Assembly: GCF_052425735.1 (NCBI RefSeq)
Contig: NC_135763.1
Span: 3,658,001-3,722,000 of the forward strand
DNA from: Oculina patagonica
Lineage: Eukaryota
Length of the DNA stretch: 64,000 bases
Direction of reading: 5' to 3'
The position numbers and the translations under genes are program-made. Shown piece by piece: positions 12,011 to 24,375 of this stretch (positions are counted from its first letter, which is position 1; each line of letters begins with the position of its first letter). Below the pieces are notes generated by a model. That model was not told the origin of the DNA and made no database searches. It worked only from the letters and a program-made list of their open reading frames with translations.

Positions 12011-14009
12011 AATTCTTTCGTATATGTTTATATTCCCGTTGTCGGTAAAAGTGTATACTAAGAAAGATTTAACACTATGCGAGGGAATGCACTGAGCAAA
12101 GATTCTGAAAATTCTAGCGCCATGTTTTCAAAGTGTGTCAACAGCTATGCAACCGAGCTTTACTGGTGGTCGTGAGAGGACTCGGTCAGAGCGCTTTTCT
12201 GGCGGATTTCCGTTTTGTTTGTCTTTGTTTTAGTTTTGTTTTGTTGTTTTTCTGTTGTTTTTGTTGTTTTGTTTGGTTTGTTTTCGTTTCTGTTTTTGAT
12301 TTTTTTTTCTCTTTATCTGTTATTTTGTTTTGTTTTTGATCCTGAAAATGGTTCGATTTTCAATTCGAAATTCTACATATCTTTGTAATGCACACAACTG
12401 ACATGATTCCCTTTTATGCAAGACTTTGTAGTTTTTATCATTGTTTTTAAGAATTGAGAAAGTGAATATAATTCCTCTAGTTCAATATAAAGCGATTTGA
12501 CGCTGTTCAAGCGAGGCTGAACACGACTGTTATTTTACACGGAAAAACACGAAATAAAGTGTGCGACAACTTTTCATTTTAGAAGAGCGACATTGTTTAA
12601 CATTTCTTTTATTGAATAATCAAATTTTGGTTTGTCCTGACATAAAATTTTCGCAATATTCGCAAAGTAGAAAAATATCTATATCTAAGCCTGATCAGTG
12701 ATCATACTGATGGAAATTAAATCGACAAGAAAATTATAATCGATATGGAGAGGATTTCTTAGTTTAATCGGACTGAATTGGCTTCTTTTTCATGTTCCAC
12801 TGTCTTTGTGACTCCAGCAAATATATAGATGTTATTGTAACTTCGCCTTCGACTCGCTCCATAAATTTGCAAAAATTAAACTCGACTACGGTATTTCTCA
12901 AATACAGCGGGCCTCGCGCTTGTTCAATGAAGATTTCATTACGACGGCTCTTTTAAAACTCTCCTGATAAATTAAGGCATCCATTCTCGACAAACGCACA
13001 CGCCAAACTGAAATATACATTTGCGTTTTTCAGGCAGCTTTCGTGTCAAGGTTGCACCGAAATTGTCCGCCAGACATGAAGGAAAAAATATTTGTTAACA
13101 GCAAATTGCTATCATGCTTTGGAAAAAGGTCAAAAAGCAATTTGGCGAAACGAATTTGTGAAAACGACTTCGAAATAATGCTCGTAATGAAATTGCTTTC
13201 TTTAGTAATCCCTTGCATTTACCGACTTGTCTATTTCAAATGCTTTTTTCGAAACTGAAATACGGTCATCAATTTTTAACAAAGTACTGTAAATCGATTC
13301 TGAAAAATAACGAATGGAGATTCGTTGTCATTCGTGCAGGCCGAAATTTGTCATCAAGCAATTTTCGTGTCAGGATTCTCAGTCGGGTTATTTAGAGAAC
13401 GATTATATGATTTTAAAAATATGTTCCCAACGAGCTGTTAGAGGCAGTTATCCTGATAACTGTGGAAAGTAATGAAACCCATCGCCATGTAGATTTACCG
13501 GACTTAAATTTAATCTGCGAAAAAATTCAGTCTTTCGTTTCGAAACTACCCATTTACCTAATGGATTATAAAGACGATTTTTTTTTCGCTTCGAAGTCGC
13601 GTTTCTCATTTATTTCAAATCCATTAACACCAGACTAAGGCAAGCATCATCTAGCACGGAAAATGTCTTAAAAGGAAAGAGATATGATGCCAGTCTTTAA
13701 TTCAGTTGATCGGAATAAACCAAGTTACGACAGATGTCCTAAAGACCGTGCTTTCCCTTTTTTGTGATTGGCGGAATGGTCATTATAAACTAAGCGAATA
13801 TTTTCGAAAAAGTGTAAAAAGCTTAGGGGAATTAATCAACAAAAATTAGTGTCGATTATAGTAAAAATGCAAGGATTTAAAAGGTGCAATGATTTTAAAC
13901 GAAATCAATCACCGAGTGCTGCCGGCATAAAGTGGTTTTCTACACTGCGGCTTTCCACACGAAAATATCGTTTGTTTCAAGGATATATTAGGTTGGCATT
14001 AAGCTTCGA

Positions 14010-14154
14010 TCCCAGTAAAATCTTTAATCGGGACGGTAACTGATGATCTTTATCTGAGTAGAAGTTACTGGTTGGTCGTTGTTTTGATTAAAACCACACA
14101 GCGACGAAAAAGTTAACACCAGCCAAGAATCACAATCATTTTCAACATTTCTGG
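14010..14154 (+). other. Probable non-coding 5'UTR exon of GPCR-1 (start approximate)
   Basis: Donor catttctg|gtaagt; homologous to minus-strand 33825-33960 upstream of GPCR-2; matching acceptor ttcttgtag| at ~15796. Confidence 0.55.
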
Positions 14155-14298
14155 TAAGTAGTGAGCTGTGTTTAATTTCTTCGGTGAGACTTTCAACTTA
14201 TGAAAGATCTCCTTTCAAAAAGCAAAGCGTTATTTTTTGCTTAATTGTGTACCAAAAATAATTTTTGTACCGCTCCGTCACAGAAATGTTCTTAACTA

Positions 14299-14467
14299 CA
14301 GTACAACCCCGATATCTCGAACCTTCAAAGGAAACGATCGAAAACTGGTGCGAAGAATCGCGGATAAAATTGTAGTTTTCAAATAAGAAAATGAAATAAA
14401 AATGAATCTTGGTTAGAGTGATCGGGAGATTTGAGAAGTCGAGGGCACGAAAAATCGGGGTTCACTG
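14299..14467. mobile_element. Short Tc1-like MITE
   Basis: ta|cagtacaaccccgat ... atcggggttcactg|ta. Confidence 0.55.
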
Positions 14468-14554
14468 TAATAAAATGAATAAATAAATATTGTTTTAGTG
14501 TCATGCACTTAGCAACGAGAAGCTAGTTTACAGGCATGCCACGAAAAGAGGAAA

Positions 14555-14734
14555 CAAATATTTTAAATGAACATAACAAAGTTAAAAATCGCACTGGCAG
14601 GAGGCAGACCAGGGCATAACAAAGCGGTCGAGGATGACCGGGACAACGAGAAACAACCAGCAGTGGCAAGGAGGGCTGAACCGGGAACCCCGAATTACAA
14701 CACCAGTGCCCTAAACCACTCGGCCACGCTTGCC
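14555..14734 (-). mobile_element. Decayed tRNA-derived SINE
   Basis: Minus strand ggcaagcgtggccgagtggtttagggcactgg...ccggttcagccc resembles tRNA A/B boxes. Confidence 0.55.
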
Positions 14735-15420
14735 TACCTAAAAGGCATAAACCATAATTTTCTTGGCCACGGTCAAATTAACCAAGTGCATCTTGTTCGT
14801 CTTTTGCGGCACTTGAAATCCTGACCACTCATTCGATGATGGGATTGATCGCGCGGCTTTGTGTTCTTTGCTCTACCATCTGGAGTCTCGATGGGAACAA
14901 CGCGTGAATGAATCCCATTTGATCTTGCATGTTACTAACATCTTCTTTGCATGTTGTCTAGCGCATCAGTGTTTTTTTTTTAAATATAGGTGAATAAATT
15001 AATTGATTTTATGATTATAATCACGACAATCTGAGAAAAGCTGACTTTCCAGTTCGCGTTACGAAAGGTACATTACACTTTAAAAAATTAAAGTCTCCTT
15101 TGAAATATTGTATGAGTTTGTAAGGTTGATTTTTAGTTGTTTTGAGCAGCTGATTTCCAAACCAGTTTTTGCCAACTCCTTTACCTTCGTCTCATGCAAG
15201 TTTTTCTTTCTATCTTGTGAAATTTCATATACTTTGCCAGATTTGCTCAAAGCTGGCTAATAAAGGAAAACGTCCCCTTCACTTTCCGAGTAAGAACTTA
15301 TCAATTCTAATGAACTGAAAAAAAATTAAAAGAGTTGACCAAGACTTAAAAAACGGTAATATTGCAAGTTCCTTTGCGCGTCAAGCACGGCCAAAACACC
15401 ATTTAAAAATATATAGCTGT

Positions 15421-15720
15421 GGGGAAGGCGCGGTGGCCTTATGGTTAGCGCGCTCGACTCCGAGTCGAACTGCCCGGGTTCGAGACTATGCCGGGACGCT
15501 GCGTTGTGTTCTTGGGCAAGACACTTTACTCTCACAGTGCCTCTCTCCACCCAGGTGTATAGATGGGTACCGGCGATCTTGCTGCTGGGGGGTAACCCTG
15601 CGATGGACTAGCATCCCATCCATGGGGGAGTAGCAATACTCCTAGTCGCTAAATGCTACGGAAACCGGGATAAGCTCCCGCTGTATGGGCCACAGTCTCG
15701 GACAAAGACTTTACCTTTTT
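15421..15720 (+). mobile_element. tRNA-derived SINE (family A)
   Basis: Highly similar to 2768-3059, with full head gggaaggcgcggtggcc. Confidence 0.9.
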
Positions 15721-15863
15721 ATACCACTATGTCATCTCTCAGTAGAAGGTATACGTAAATGACGAATTAAATTTTTCCCCTTTTGTTTTCTTGTAGATTT
15801 ATCGAAGAAGTGATAGGCAAGGGCGACCTTGAGGAATAAGAGCGCTTTATCCTGCCGGCAAAT

Positions 15864-16937
15864 ATGAACATCTCTAACTCATCCACAGCTGCACCGAACC
15901 AACCTCCACCTGGAATAACTACCTTCACACGTACAACATACTCCATCCTGGCCGTCGTAGGTCTGATAGGAAACACTTTAGTCATTCTTGTCTTCGTGTG
16001 GGACAAGAAGCTTTTGAAGAAGTCTTACAACATGTTAATCCTGTCCTTGGCCATTTCTGATGTCCTGACCGCCATCCTGCTCATCACAAACCCAGCTTTT
16101 GTTCTTGGTGACGCGTTTCCTTATCCAACCAATCCCATTCTGGGAGACATCTTCTGCCGCGTCATATGGAGCCGTGTGTTTCTCTTCCAACTGGTGGTTT
16201 TCTCGGCGTATATCTGTATGGCCTTGGCGACGGAACGGTGGTACGCAGTGATCAAGCCTCACAAATACAGCGAGACCTTCAACCAGAAGCGAACCCTGGT
16301 TTACATCTTCCTTGTATGGCTGTGGTCCGTGATCCTCTGCGGCACCTCCCTGTTCGAAGTTGCATACGTTACGTCGAATCCTCCAAATCGACGATGCAAA
16401 TGGCAGCTTTTCTGGGGTAAACAGCCAGTCCGTGCTATTGTGGGAACCATTCAAGTCCTGCTAAAAATGGTGCTTCCAAGCCTCACCATGCTGTTCTTGT
16501 TCATTCATATGGTTTACAAGACAAGCAAGTTCACAGTCGCTTCAGCTGAGAGCAGGGCTAAAATACGTGGGAAAATGACGCGGATGGTCGGTGCCGCCTG
16601 CATTATGCTGATCGTTTGTTTCGCGCCAAATCAAATCAACTACGCGTTGGCAATGGCGGGAAAAACCCGGCTGGATACCAAACTGCATCATGGTCTTTCT
16701 CTTCTGGTGATTGTCAACAGCTGTATAAATCCTTTCATCTATGGGCTGAGCAACAAGAATTACCGCCAAGGCTACCTGAAAATCCTGTTTTCAATCTGCT
16801 CTAAAGGAAGAAGAGCCGGAAACAGGGTGGAGGATGAAAGTGTACTCACTGTGAGAGAAAACGTTCAGGAAAATTCAAGCCGAGATGCCAATACAGAGGA
16901 GACTCACGAGCGAGGAAGTCAAAAACATAACATGTGA
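15864..16937 (+). CDS. Class A (rhodopsin-like) GPCR, galanin/allatostatin-A/somatostatin-receptor-like, 357 aa (GPCR-1)
   Basis: Seven hydrophobic segments; N-glycosylation sequons NIS/NSS; GN (TM1), LAISD (TM2), C at top of TM3, ERW for DRY, W (TM4), P (TM5), CFAP (TM6), NSCINPFIY (TM7). Confidence 0.95.
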   Translation: MNISNSSTAAPNQPPPGITTFTRTTYSILAVVGLIGNTLVILVFVWDKKLLKKSYNMLILSLAISDVLTAILLITNPAFVLGDAFPYPTNPILGDIFCRVIWSRVFLFQLVVFSAYICMALATERWYAVIKPHKYSETFNQKRTLVYIFLVWLWSVILCGTSLFEVAYVTSNPPNRRCKWQLFWGKQPVRAIVGTIQVLLKMVLPSLTMLFLFIHMVYKTSKFTVASAESRAKIRGKMTRMVGAACIMLIVCFAPNQINYALAMAGKTRLDTKLHHGLSLLVIVNSCINPFIYGLSNKNYRQGYLKILFSICSKGRRAGNRVEDESVLTVRENVQENSSRDANTEETHERGSQKHNM

Positions 16938-17172
16938 AATTAGATCATTATTAACAGGGAAGGCTAGCATTAACAGGGTAGGGTAGGAGAGATCACGTTT
17001 TTCAGTGAAGAGTATACAACTAATGAATCTCACCGTCAAGTTAATATTAATGTAAACAGTGTACATATGATAAGGTACCATTGAAAATTAAGGTGACAAG
17101 AAAGTTATAGTTTAAAAGCTTTACTTTTCAAGTGTTAAGGCTCAATTCAAATTGGCCCGAAAATGTGTGTGT

Positions 17173-17497
17173 AGGGCTGCTTACCATTTAAATTCAAATC
17201 CCGTAAATTTTCGTTGGAAAGCAAATGAAACAGTAATTTTCTGGAAAATCCGTTCGGAACTTGTGGACTTCGTTTTGAGGTAGTCCTTTCATTCTGGTTG
17301 GTGTGAACCGTCAGAAAATTCTGTACCATTTGTACATTTCTCTCGTTTCCAGTCTTCCATCAAGGGAAACCAATAACCGGAAACTAAATTATAAATTAAA
17401 TGGTAAGCTGCCATGTCGTTCGATCGGTCTGCTGATTTAAGAAAACACTATTCAACGGTTAGTCCAACCGGTCTATTCCTCTAAATGGTAAACACCC
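17173..17497. mobile_element. Decayed MITE
   Basis: gggctgcttaccattta ... taaatggtaaacaccc imperfect TIRs. Confidence 0.5.
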
Positions 17498-18004
17498 TTG
17501 GTGTCGGGAATATTATATGTAATGCTATTTAGTAGAGCTAACAAAAAAGTTTATCTTTAAAAATCAAAATTAATATAGATACTGAAAAATTTCTTTTTTT
17601 TTTCTTATTAGTATTTTCTCTCATTATCTGTTTGATTTTATTTATAGAATTAAACAGTAGCTTGTTTCTTGTCCTATTACATTACATTAATTAATAAACG
17701 TAGATTATCATAATTTAACATATCACCTGAGTAAGTATTGACTGTTAGTAAAGGGGGTCTCCTCGATAAACCTAGAAAGGCTTCTGAGACTTCCTGCTCA
17801 AGACTGTAACTAAAGTGATGAATGGTATATTGTAACTATAATAGTGTATGATCATGGGAAAAATAAATAAATATGTAATGACTAAATAAATAAATCGATA
17901 ATAGACGAATATTGTTAACTGTAATGTGTAGGTGTCAAATAATAATTATTTTTCAGATAGATAATGGTGGAATATTTTCAGCTCTAAAAATGTATTGGTG
18001 AAGT

Positions 18005-18290
18005 GATTAGTTGTTAGTGCGTTGGACTCCGAATCTACTGGCCTAGGCTCGAGCCCAAGTCAGGGTCATTATATTGTGTTCTTAGGCAAGACTCTTCACT
18101 CCCACACTGGTAGTGTACACTGTCTCTCTCTACCTTCCCGTGTAGCAACAATAAATGCTGGGGTAACCCTGCGGTGGACTAGAATCCCAAGGACTAGGAT
18201 CGTATCCTTGGCTTCCATAGAATTAAGAAACTAAGCGTTGGTCCGATGGCCATGTTTCACTGGACTCGATTGCGAACGAAGACTTTACCT
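18005..18290 (+). mobile_element. Old decayed SINE family A copy
   Basis: gttagtgcgttggactccg...ttgtgttcttaggcaagac...ggggtaaccctgcggtggactag...gactttacct. Confidence 0.7.
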
Positions 18291-18766
18291 AATGATAGAT
18301 AATGCCGGGACGCCGGTTAACTGCAATGTGCAGGTGCTTTGATTAGTGTTTACGCTGGACTGAATACTGTTTACTGTAGTTTGTTGTGTTATTTTGTGGA
18401 TAGGTAATACTAGACTCTTGTTCACTATTAGATACAGGTTTAGTGATTAAGACGGTTTCGCTGAACAGTCGAGCAATAAAGGCAAAAATTAAGTTACCAA
18501 AAAGATCTCATATCATTGTAACAGTTTGAGTACACTTAAACGAATCGAAACTTTAGCACTCAAGCTGACCCCGCACATTACCATTTACCACTAAGCACTT
18601 TATTAGTGAATAATTTCGAATTCACAGTCGGACAACAAAAGTGGACTGATTGCTGAAAACAAATCCACTGCTTCAACTTGGAAATTTTATTCAAGGAGGT
18701 CACTGTTTAGGGGGCCAAGCATTCTTCGAAATTCAAAATGTCACATCTCATTTAACATTTCAGGTA

Positions 18767-19636
18767 CAGTAAAAACCCGCGAGTAAGGACCTAACATTTA
18801 AGAACCTGTTAAACTAAAATTGGCAAATTTAGACCCCATTTTTACCCGGGGGGGGGGGGGTACTCGAAAAAGTTTTGTACGGGGAGGCTCCGCCCGAAGA
18901 TCCAACCCCTTACCCTTTTATATACCATTTTGATAGAAAAGGTACCCCTTTTGTATACCTTTTATTGCTTAAAGGCACCCCTTTCATATACCTACACGAC
19001 ATCACATTTACCTAAAACGGGATGTTTTCTTGTAATTTTTATGTAGTGCTTAATAAATTAAAACGATGCATCCAAAAGTTGCGTCTGCTCGAAATATTTA
19101 ATGAAAAGGCCTTTTAAAATATCATTATGGCAGATTTCCCTACCCTTTCATATACCTAAATTTGTGAAATCCCTACCCTTTTATATACCTGGAGCCTGAA
19201 AAAGGTACCCCTTTCGGGCGGAGCCTCCCCGTATAGGCCACAATAGGGAGTACCCCCCCCCCCGGGCATTTTTATAAGAACCTATTAAGCCTAAAATTTA
19301 AAAACAGGTTCTTATTTTCTAAAATTGATTCAAAATGTTTTGTTTTGGGAAAATAAGTTTAGTTTGGACAAGGTTTTACTGTACATGTATACAATCTCAT
19401 GTTCTAAATGATTAGTGCCTTATTTTTACCTTAACACTTGTGTGGTATGCATAATTTATACAAATAATAGGCCGAACATCACTAAAAGTTCTATAAGCAA
19501 CAATGTAAATTTTTTCCCAGAAAAAAGTACCTATTAAGAACCTAAATAGCCTAAATTTGTGTTAACTACTGTTTATGTAAGAACCTGTTTAGGCTGACTT
19601 GAAAAAACCTAGGTTCTTACTCACGGGTTTTTACCG
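18767..19636. mobile_element. Tc1/mariner-like MITE carrying a nested MITE
   Basis: ta|cagtaaaaacccgcgagtaaggaccta ... taggttcttactcacgggtttttaccg|ta. Confidence 0.75.
18845..19266. mobile_element. Nested MITE with 8-bp TSD
   Basis: cccggggg..gtactc..tacggggaggctccgcccgaa / ttcgggcggagcctccccgta..gagtac..cccccggg; TSD cattttta at 18837-18844 and 19267-19274. Confidence 0.8.
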
Positions 19637-20932
19637 TATCGGAAAACGGTTTTCAGATTTTATTTATTCTTGATGTCCTCTTTCGAATATGAGAGTAAGG
19701 GGAGAGAGACAAGCACCAGTAGATGGCCACATCCCGTCTCCGAGAATCGATTGAGCCCGCAAGTATCGTCCCTGAAGTTGCTTAGCAACATGATGTAGTC
19801 CACCGTAGTACTGGTGAGTGCTCATGCTAGTCTGTGATTGGTTAATAAGAGTCGGAAACACTTCAGGAGCAAAAACGCTTCATAATGCTTCAACGAGTTT
19901 ATGCAGGGATTTTAGCCAGTAAAATATCACATGGATGTCTATCTCTTGACAAATGGGATACGTTTCGACTCCCCTAACTCGAGGACGTGACTTGAATTAT
20001 GAAATCGTGACGTCATTAAAACAGTGCAATTAGTCGTCATGGTAATGTGTAAACGTATTGTTCAAGCTAAGCTGCATGTGACGTAAGTAATTTGAATCGC
20101 GAATATAGGATAGAAAACAAAAAAAACAGATGCAACATGTTTCATTACAGGGTTGATAAGTACCGATAAAACTATAACTCTTTGAACACCGAGCTTAAAG
20201 TTTTACGATTCTGGATGCACCAAGTTTGAATGTCACGATGCGATCAGCTAAACGTGAGGTGAATAACTTTGGAGTGCGGCAGCGAACTCTGAGCGGTCCT
20301 TTTCATTTGATAGGTTTCCACCGTTCCTATCACTCACTTTTGGAAGAAATACAACAGAATTGAAATTTAAAAAACACTATCAAAATTACAGTTAACTGAC
20401 CTTTTTTACAAGAACTTCCAGAAACCTGTTTTAGTAGTAAACTTTACAAACCGTAAGAAACTTCCTCGGTCAGTGAGCAAAAAATAAAAACCTGATGTCA
20501 AAACAATACTGTAACTTATGAAATTATAACTAGTCAAGTTCATATAGGAGAAACGCAGCTTTGAACAGAAATTTTTGATTAGGTTAAAAAATCTACCCTG
20601 GCGAATTTAGTTGACAAGCCAAGATAGTGGCCATGAGCGGAGAGATTTATAACCGTGTATCGTAGGTTAAAAGGTCAAAAAGAGCGACTTGGAACTTCAT
20701 TCTTTCTCGGTCAGATCGAAGTGTTCCCTTAAAATATCAACAATAGCAGTTAAGCTGATTTATTGATGCAAAGACAAGATCAAGAAAAAACACATGAACA
20801 TCGTTTACAAGATTTCTAAACTCGCAAGTCGTTCGTAAAAGATATGACGCGCTTTTCAAAATTCAAGCTAAAACAGATATTTCAATTCAATTCAGAGCAG
20901 TTCAGTTTTATGCTAAGGTAGCTGTGACTTCG

Positions 20933-21253
20933 TCACAACAGTTCAATATGAATCAAGAGATACCGAAGTATAAGCTCACTTCGTAACTCTGCAAGTGAAA
21001 ATCCATGGCGCTCGTCTTCCTCTTCCATCACAGAACAAATCGCTGCTCGCCTGGCTGCTTTAAATTTGGGCGGTTGGTTGTGGCTGTTTCTTTCATCAGT
21101 CATCATGATACTTGGTCCTTTCACTTCAACTCCACTATTTCCATTTGCTTTACTCTTTGAAATACGTACATTTAATCCTTTCGCTCGGCGAAATCGAGTT
21201 ACAGGAGGCGTTTTCTTCTCAGATGAAACAGTCTTCAGATGACTTTGCTTCAT
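20933..21253 (-). CDS. Microprotein family copy 1 (106 aa; RRAAIC pseudosubstrate-like motif)
   Basis: ATG-to-stop ORF conserved among seven paralogues; AATAAA at 20759-20764 (minus). Confidence 0.7.
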   Translation of the reverse strand: MKQSHLKTVSSEKKTPPVTRFRRAKGLNVRISKSKANGNSGVEVKGPSIMMTDERNSHNQPPKFKAARRAAICSVMEEEDERHGFSLAELRSELILRYLLIHIELL

Positions 21254-23272
21254 GGCTCCTCAGGCTCTTCAGACTCGTTCAGTTGAGTTCTGTTAACTAT
21301 AGGCTGTGTTGTGATCGAACTGAGCGAACTGTGAGTGACTAAAAAATAAGAACGTGTCGTTATAAAAACAGTTGGTGATTTCGAGTCCTCTGACTCCTTT
21401 GTCAGCGGTTGTTCGCAAGGGTTTTCTCGTGCTCAACTCGTGCTTCAGCGACTACTTCAGCTAAAAGGCTCAGCAAAAAGAGAGAAATTTTTCAGGAGTA
21501 TGGCCGCCAATATTTGAATCTCGTCATCCTAGCACATCTCTATCATTCTCGTTCACGGCTTTACTCGTGAGGAATGTAACCCCATGTTCAATGGGGTTAC
21601 AAATGCAAACAAATGCCACCGGAAAAATGCTTCAAATAATATAACGTGAAATAAAATAATCAGTTCACGTTGCTTCTTTGTTCTTCCTCGCTTTTCGTCT
21701 AGTTGTCAACTACAACAGTATGACATTAGTTAACATGATCAGATATTTTCTGAACTCTGCAACCTTTATCCTATGGGGCTGAGAACAAAGAATGCGCATA
21801 AACTGCCACACATAAAACTGAAAAGTGAACGGTGAACCCTACTGACAAAGTAGTTACATTACACTACTAACGTGCTGATTCTTCAAAGGGCCAGACTTGT
21901 TGTTTCCATCACAAATCCACCCTTTCTCACTATTTTAAATTTGAGGAAGTATTATCCGTTTTTTTACCTAGAAACAGTCGGGGGGTGGGGTAGGGGGCGA
22001 ATACAAGTACCAATAGATGGCCACATGTCGTCTCCGAGAATTGACTGAGCCCGCAATTAACGTCACCGAAGCTGCTTAGCAACATGACGTAACCTTATTT
22101 CGCCACGTAGACTGTATTCGGAATAGTCGTGAGTACTGGCGCTAGTTTGTAATTGGATGATAAAATTGATATCACTTCGAGTTCTCAACGAAGATTTGCT
22201 GAAAATGGCATTTGGTGCACGACAATATCAGTAACTGATATTGTCGATTTTCGAGCAGAACAATATCAGTAACATCACACGGACGTTTATCTCTTGACAA
22301 ATTGAATACCTTTCGACTCCCTTAACTCGAGGACGTGACTTGAATAATGAAAACGTGACGTCATTTTATTAGTCGTCATGGTAATTTAGTATAGGATAGA
22401 AAACAAAACAAAAATACCGACACAGCATGTTTCATTACGGGGTAATAAGTACGTACCCACAAAACTATACTTCTCTGAACATCAAGACTATAATTTTAGA
22501 TTTTAAATGAACCAAGTTTAAATCTGACGATACGATCAGCTAAACGTGAGGTGAATAACTTTGGAGTGAGGCGGCAAACTCTGAGCGGTCCTTTTCACTT
22601 GAAAGGTTTCCACGTTTCCTAAAAAAGTATCACTCTCCTTCGCCAGAAATACAAGAAAATTGAAATTTAAAAAACTCCATTAAAACATTACAATTAACAA
22701 GGCTTTCTGTTCGTTCTTGTACTTGAAATCGTAAATAAAAATCCTAAATCATTGAGCAAAAACTTAAAAATACAAGACCATGCTACTTCTAACTGTAATC
22801 TGTTGTCAAAACAAATTTTCATAAGCTCAAGTTCATAAAGGAAAAACAAAACTTTAAAGGGAAATCTTTTCAAAATCTGCAATGGCGAATTTAGCTGATT
22901 GGCCCAGATAGAGTGTCCCTGAACGGAGAGATTTATGAGAAAAGTGACTTGGGACTTTCATTTCCTCTCGGTCAGATCAAAGGGTTTACTTTACTTGAAA
23001 CTATCGATAATTTGCATAGATATATATATAATGTAATCAAGCTGATTTATTGATGCAAAGAATACATAGACTAAAGCACATATACATCGTTTACAAGATT
23101 GTAGAAGATTTGACTCGCTCATGAACGCTTATCCGCAATCTGAGCTCCTTTAGCTGGCAATGAACAACCAGTTACCAACTTTTTTTTTCAAACTTCAAGC
23201 TAAACAAATATTTCAATTCAGTTCATTTCAGATCAGATCAATTCACTTTATGTTTAGAAAACAGTACATTCC

Positions 23273-23602
23273 TCACAACAGTCCGACATTGATTAAGAGA
23301 TACCGAGTTATGAGGTCTCTTCGTAACTCTGCAAGTGATATTCCATGGCATTGGTCTTCCTCTTCCATCACAGAACAAATCGCTGCTCGCCTGGCTGCCT
23401 TCAATTTGGGTGGCTGCTTGCTGCAGTTTTCCTCGTCAGTCAAACTTGGATCTTTCTTCTCAACATTTCCATTTCGCCTTGCTTCAGTCTTGAAAATACG
23501 TAATCCCTTTGCTCGGCCAGAATAGGAGCACAAACGTCCCCATCGAGATACGGGAGGTATTTTCATTTCGGATAAATCAGTCTTCAGTTGACTTTGCTCC
23601 AT
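23273..23602 (-). CDS. Microprotein family copy 2 (109 aa)
   Basis: Paralogous ORF, same stop position relative to motif; AATAAA at 23046-23051 (minus). Confidence 0.7.
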   Translation of the reverse strand: MEQSQLKTDLSEMKIPPVSRWGRLCSYSGRAKGLRIFKTEARRNGNVEKKDPSLTDEENCSKQPPKLKAARRAAICSVMEEEDQCHGISLAELRRDLITRYLLINVGLL

Positions 23603-23810
23603 TGCTCTTTGACAGATAATTCGGGTTTGTTCAGCTCAGTGTCGTTAGAGAATAGGTGTGACCAAATTAAAAATATAGGTTATAAGAATGAAGAGAGATA
23701 GCGGCAAAAACTGGCATCGAAAAAACGTGAGTGATCGAAAACGTGAGTAGTAAAACACGAGCGACATAAATGCGTGAGCAGTAAAAGTAGTATAGTACGG
23801 ATGTTTTAGG

Positions 23811-24111
23811 CCCATGCTCGTGTCATGTTGAATTCTTCTTCTTCATTATTTATTACTGAGCTTAAAATTTGCCATCTTTATTATTTACTACAAACTTGAT
23901 GATTTCGACATTGCTGATCCTAGCAGTATGCAAGACGCGTGTCACATATCAACCTAGTAAATGGCCCAGCTCACAACGAGTCTCTCGTAGCTCAGTTGGT
24001 TAGAGCGCCCAACCGATATCTGGGAGGCCATGGGTTCGATTCCCGTCGGGGACTCAGAATTTTTTTTTTGTCCCATGCTCGTGTCATGTTGAATACTTCT
24101 TCTTCATTATT
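23811..24111 (+). mobile_element. tRNA-like SINE-type repeat (family B) with ~40-bp terminal direct repeats
   Basis: tRNA-like core 23978-24057 (gtagctcagttggttagagc...gggttcgattccc); cccatgctcgtgtcatgttgaat..ttcttcattatt at 23811 and 24072; second copy at 53054-53211. Confidence 0.75.
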
Positions 24112-24375
24112 CAAAGATGAAATGTTTTGAATAATTAAAGCTGATTTATTGACGCAACGAAAAGATTTGCTAAAGCACAAGTATATCGTTTACAATATTG
24201 TACAAGTCTCGACTCGTTTGTGAATGCTAAGCAGCGCCCCGAGCTCCATTAGCAGACAGTGAACAAATGACTGACAATCAATTACAAATTTTTTTTTTAA
24301 ATTCTAGCTTAAACAATACTTCAGTTCAGTTCCGAGATCAAGCACCAGTTTATTGTTTTGTAAGCGGTGACTTCG

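Noticed and set aside
16035-16454. Overlapping and antisense ORFs within the GPCRs (also 16166-16420, 31420-31674, 31578-31805)
   Set aside because: Shadow frames; shared only because the DNA is nearly identical.
20933-21253. Phospholamban/sarcolipin-like identity for the microproteins
   Set aside because: The C-terminal segment contains charged residues and is too short for a membrane span, and the RRxS phospho-site is absent.
23160-23525. Antisense ORFs over the microprotein genes (also 26044-26313, 59634-60065, 63435-63809)
   Set aside because: Starts and stops are not conserved between paralogues; shadows of the conserved strand.
23978-24057. tRNA gene candidates (also ~53080, 33625, 49026, 49672)
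   Set aside because: Embedded in repeated SINE-like bodies; anticodon arms look irregular or decayed.
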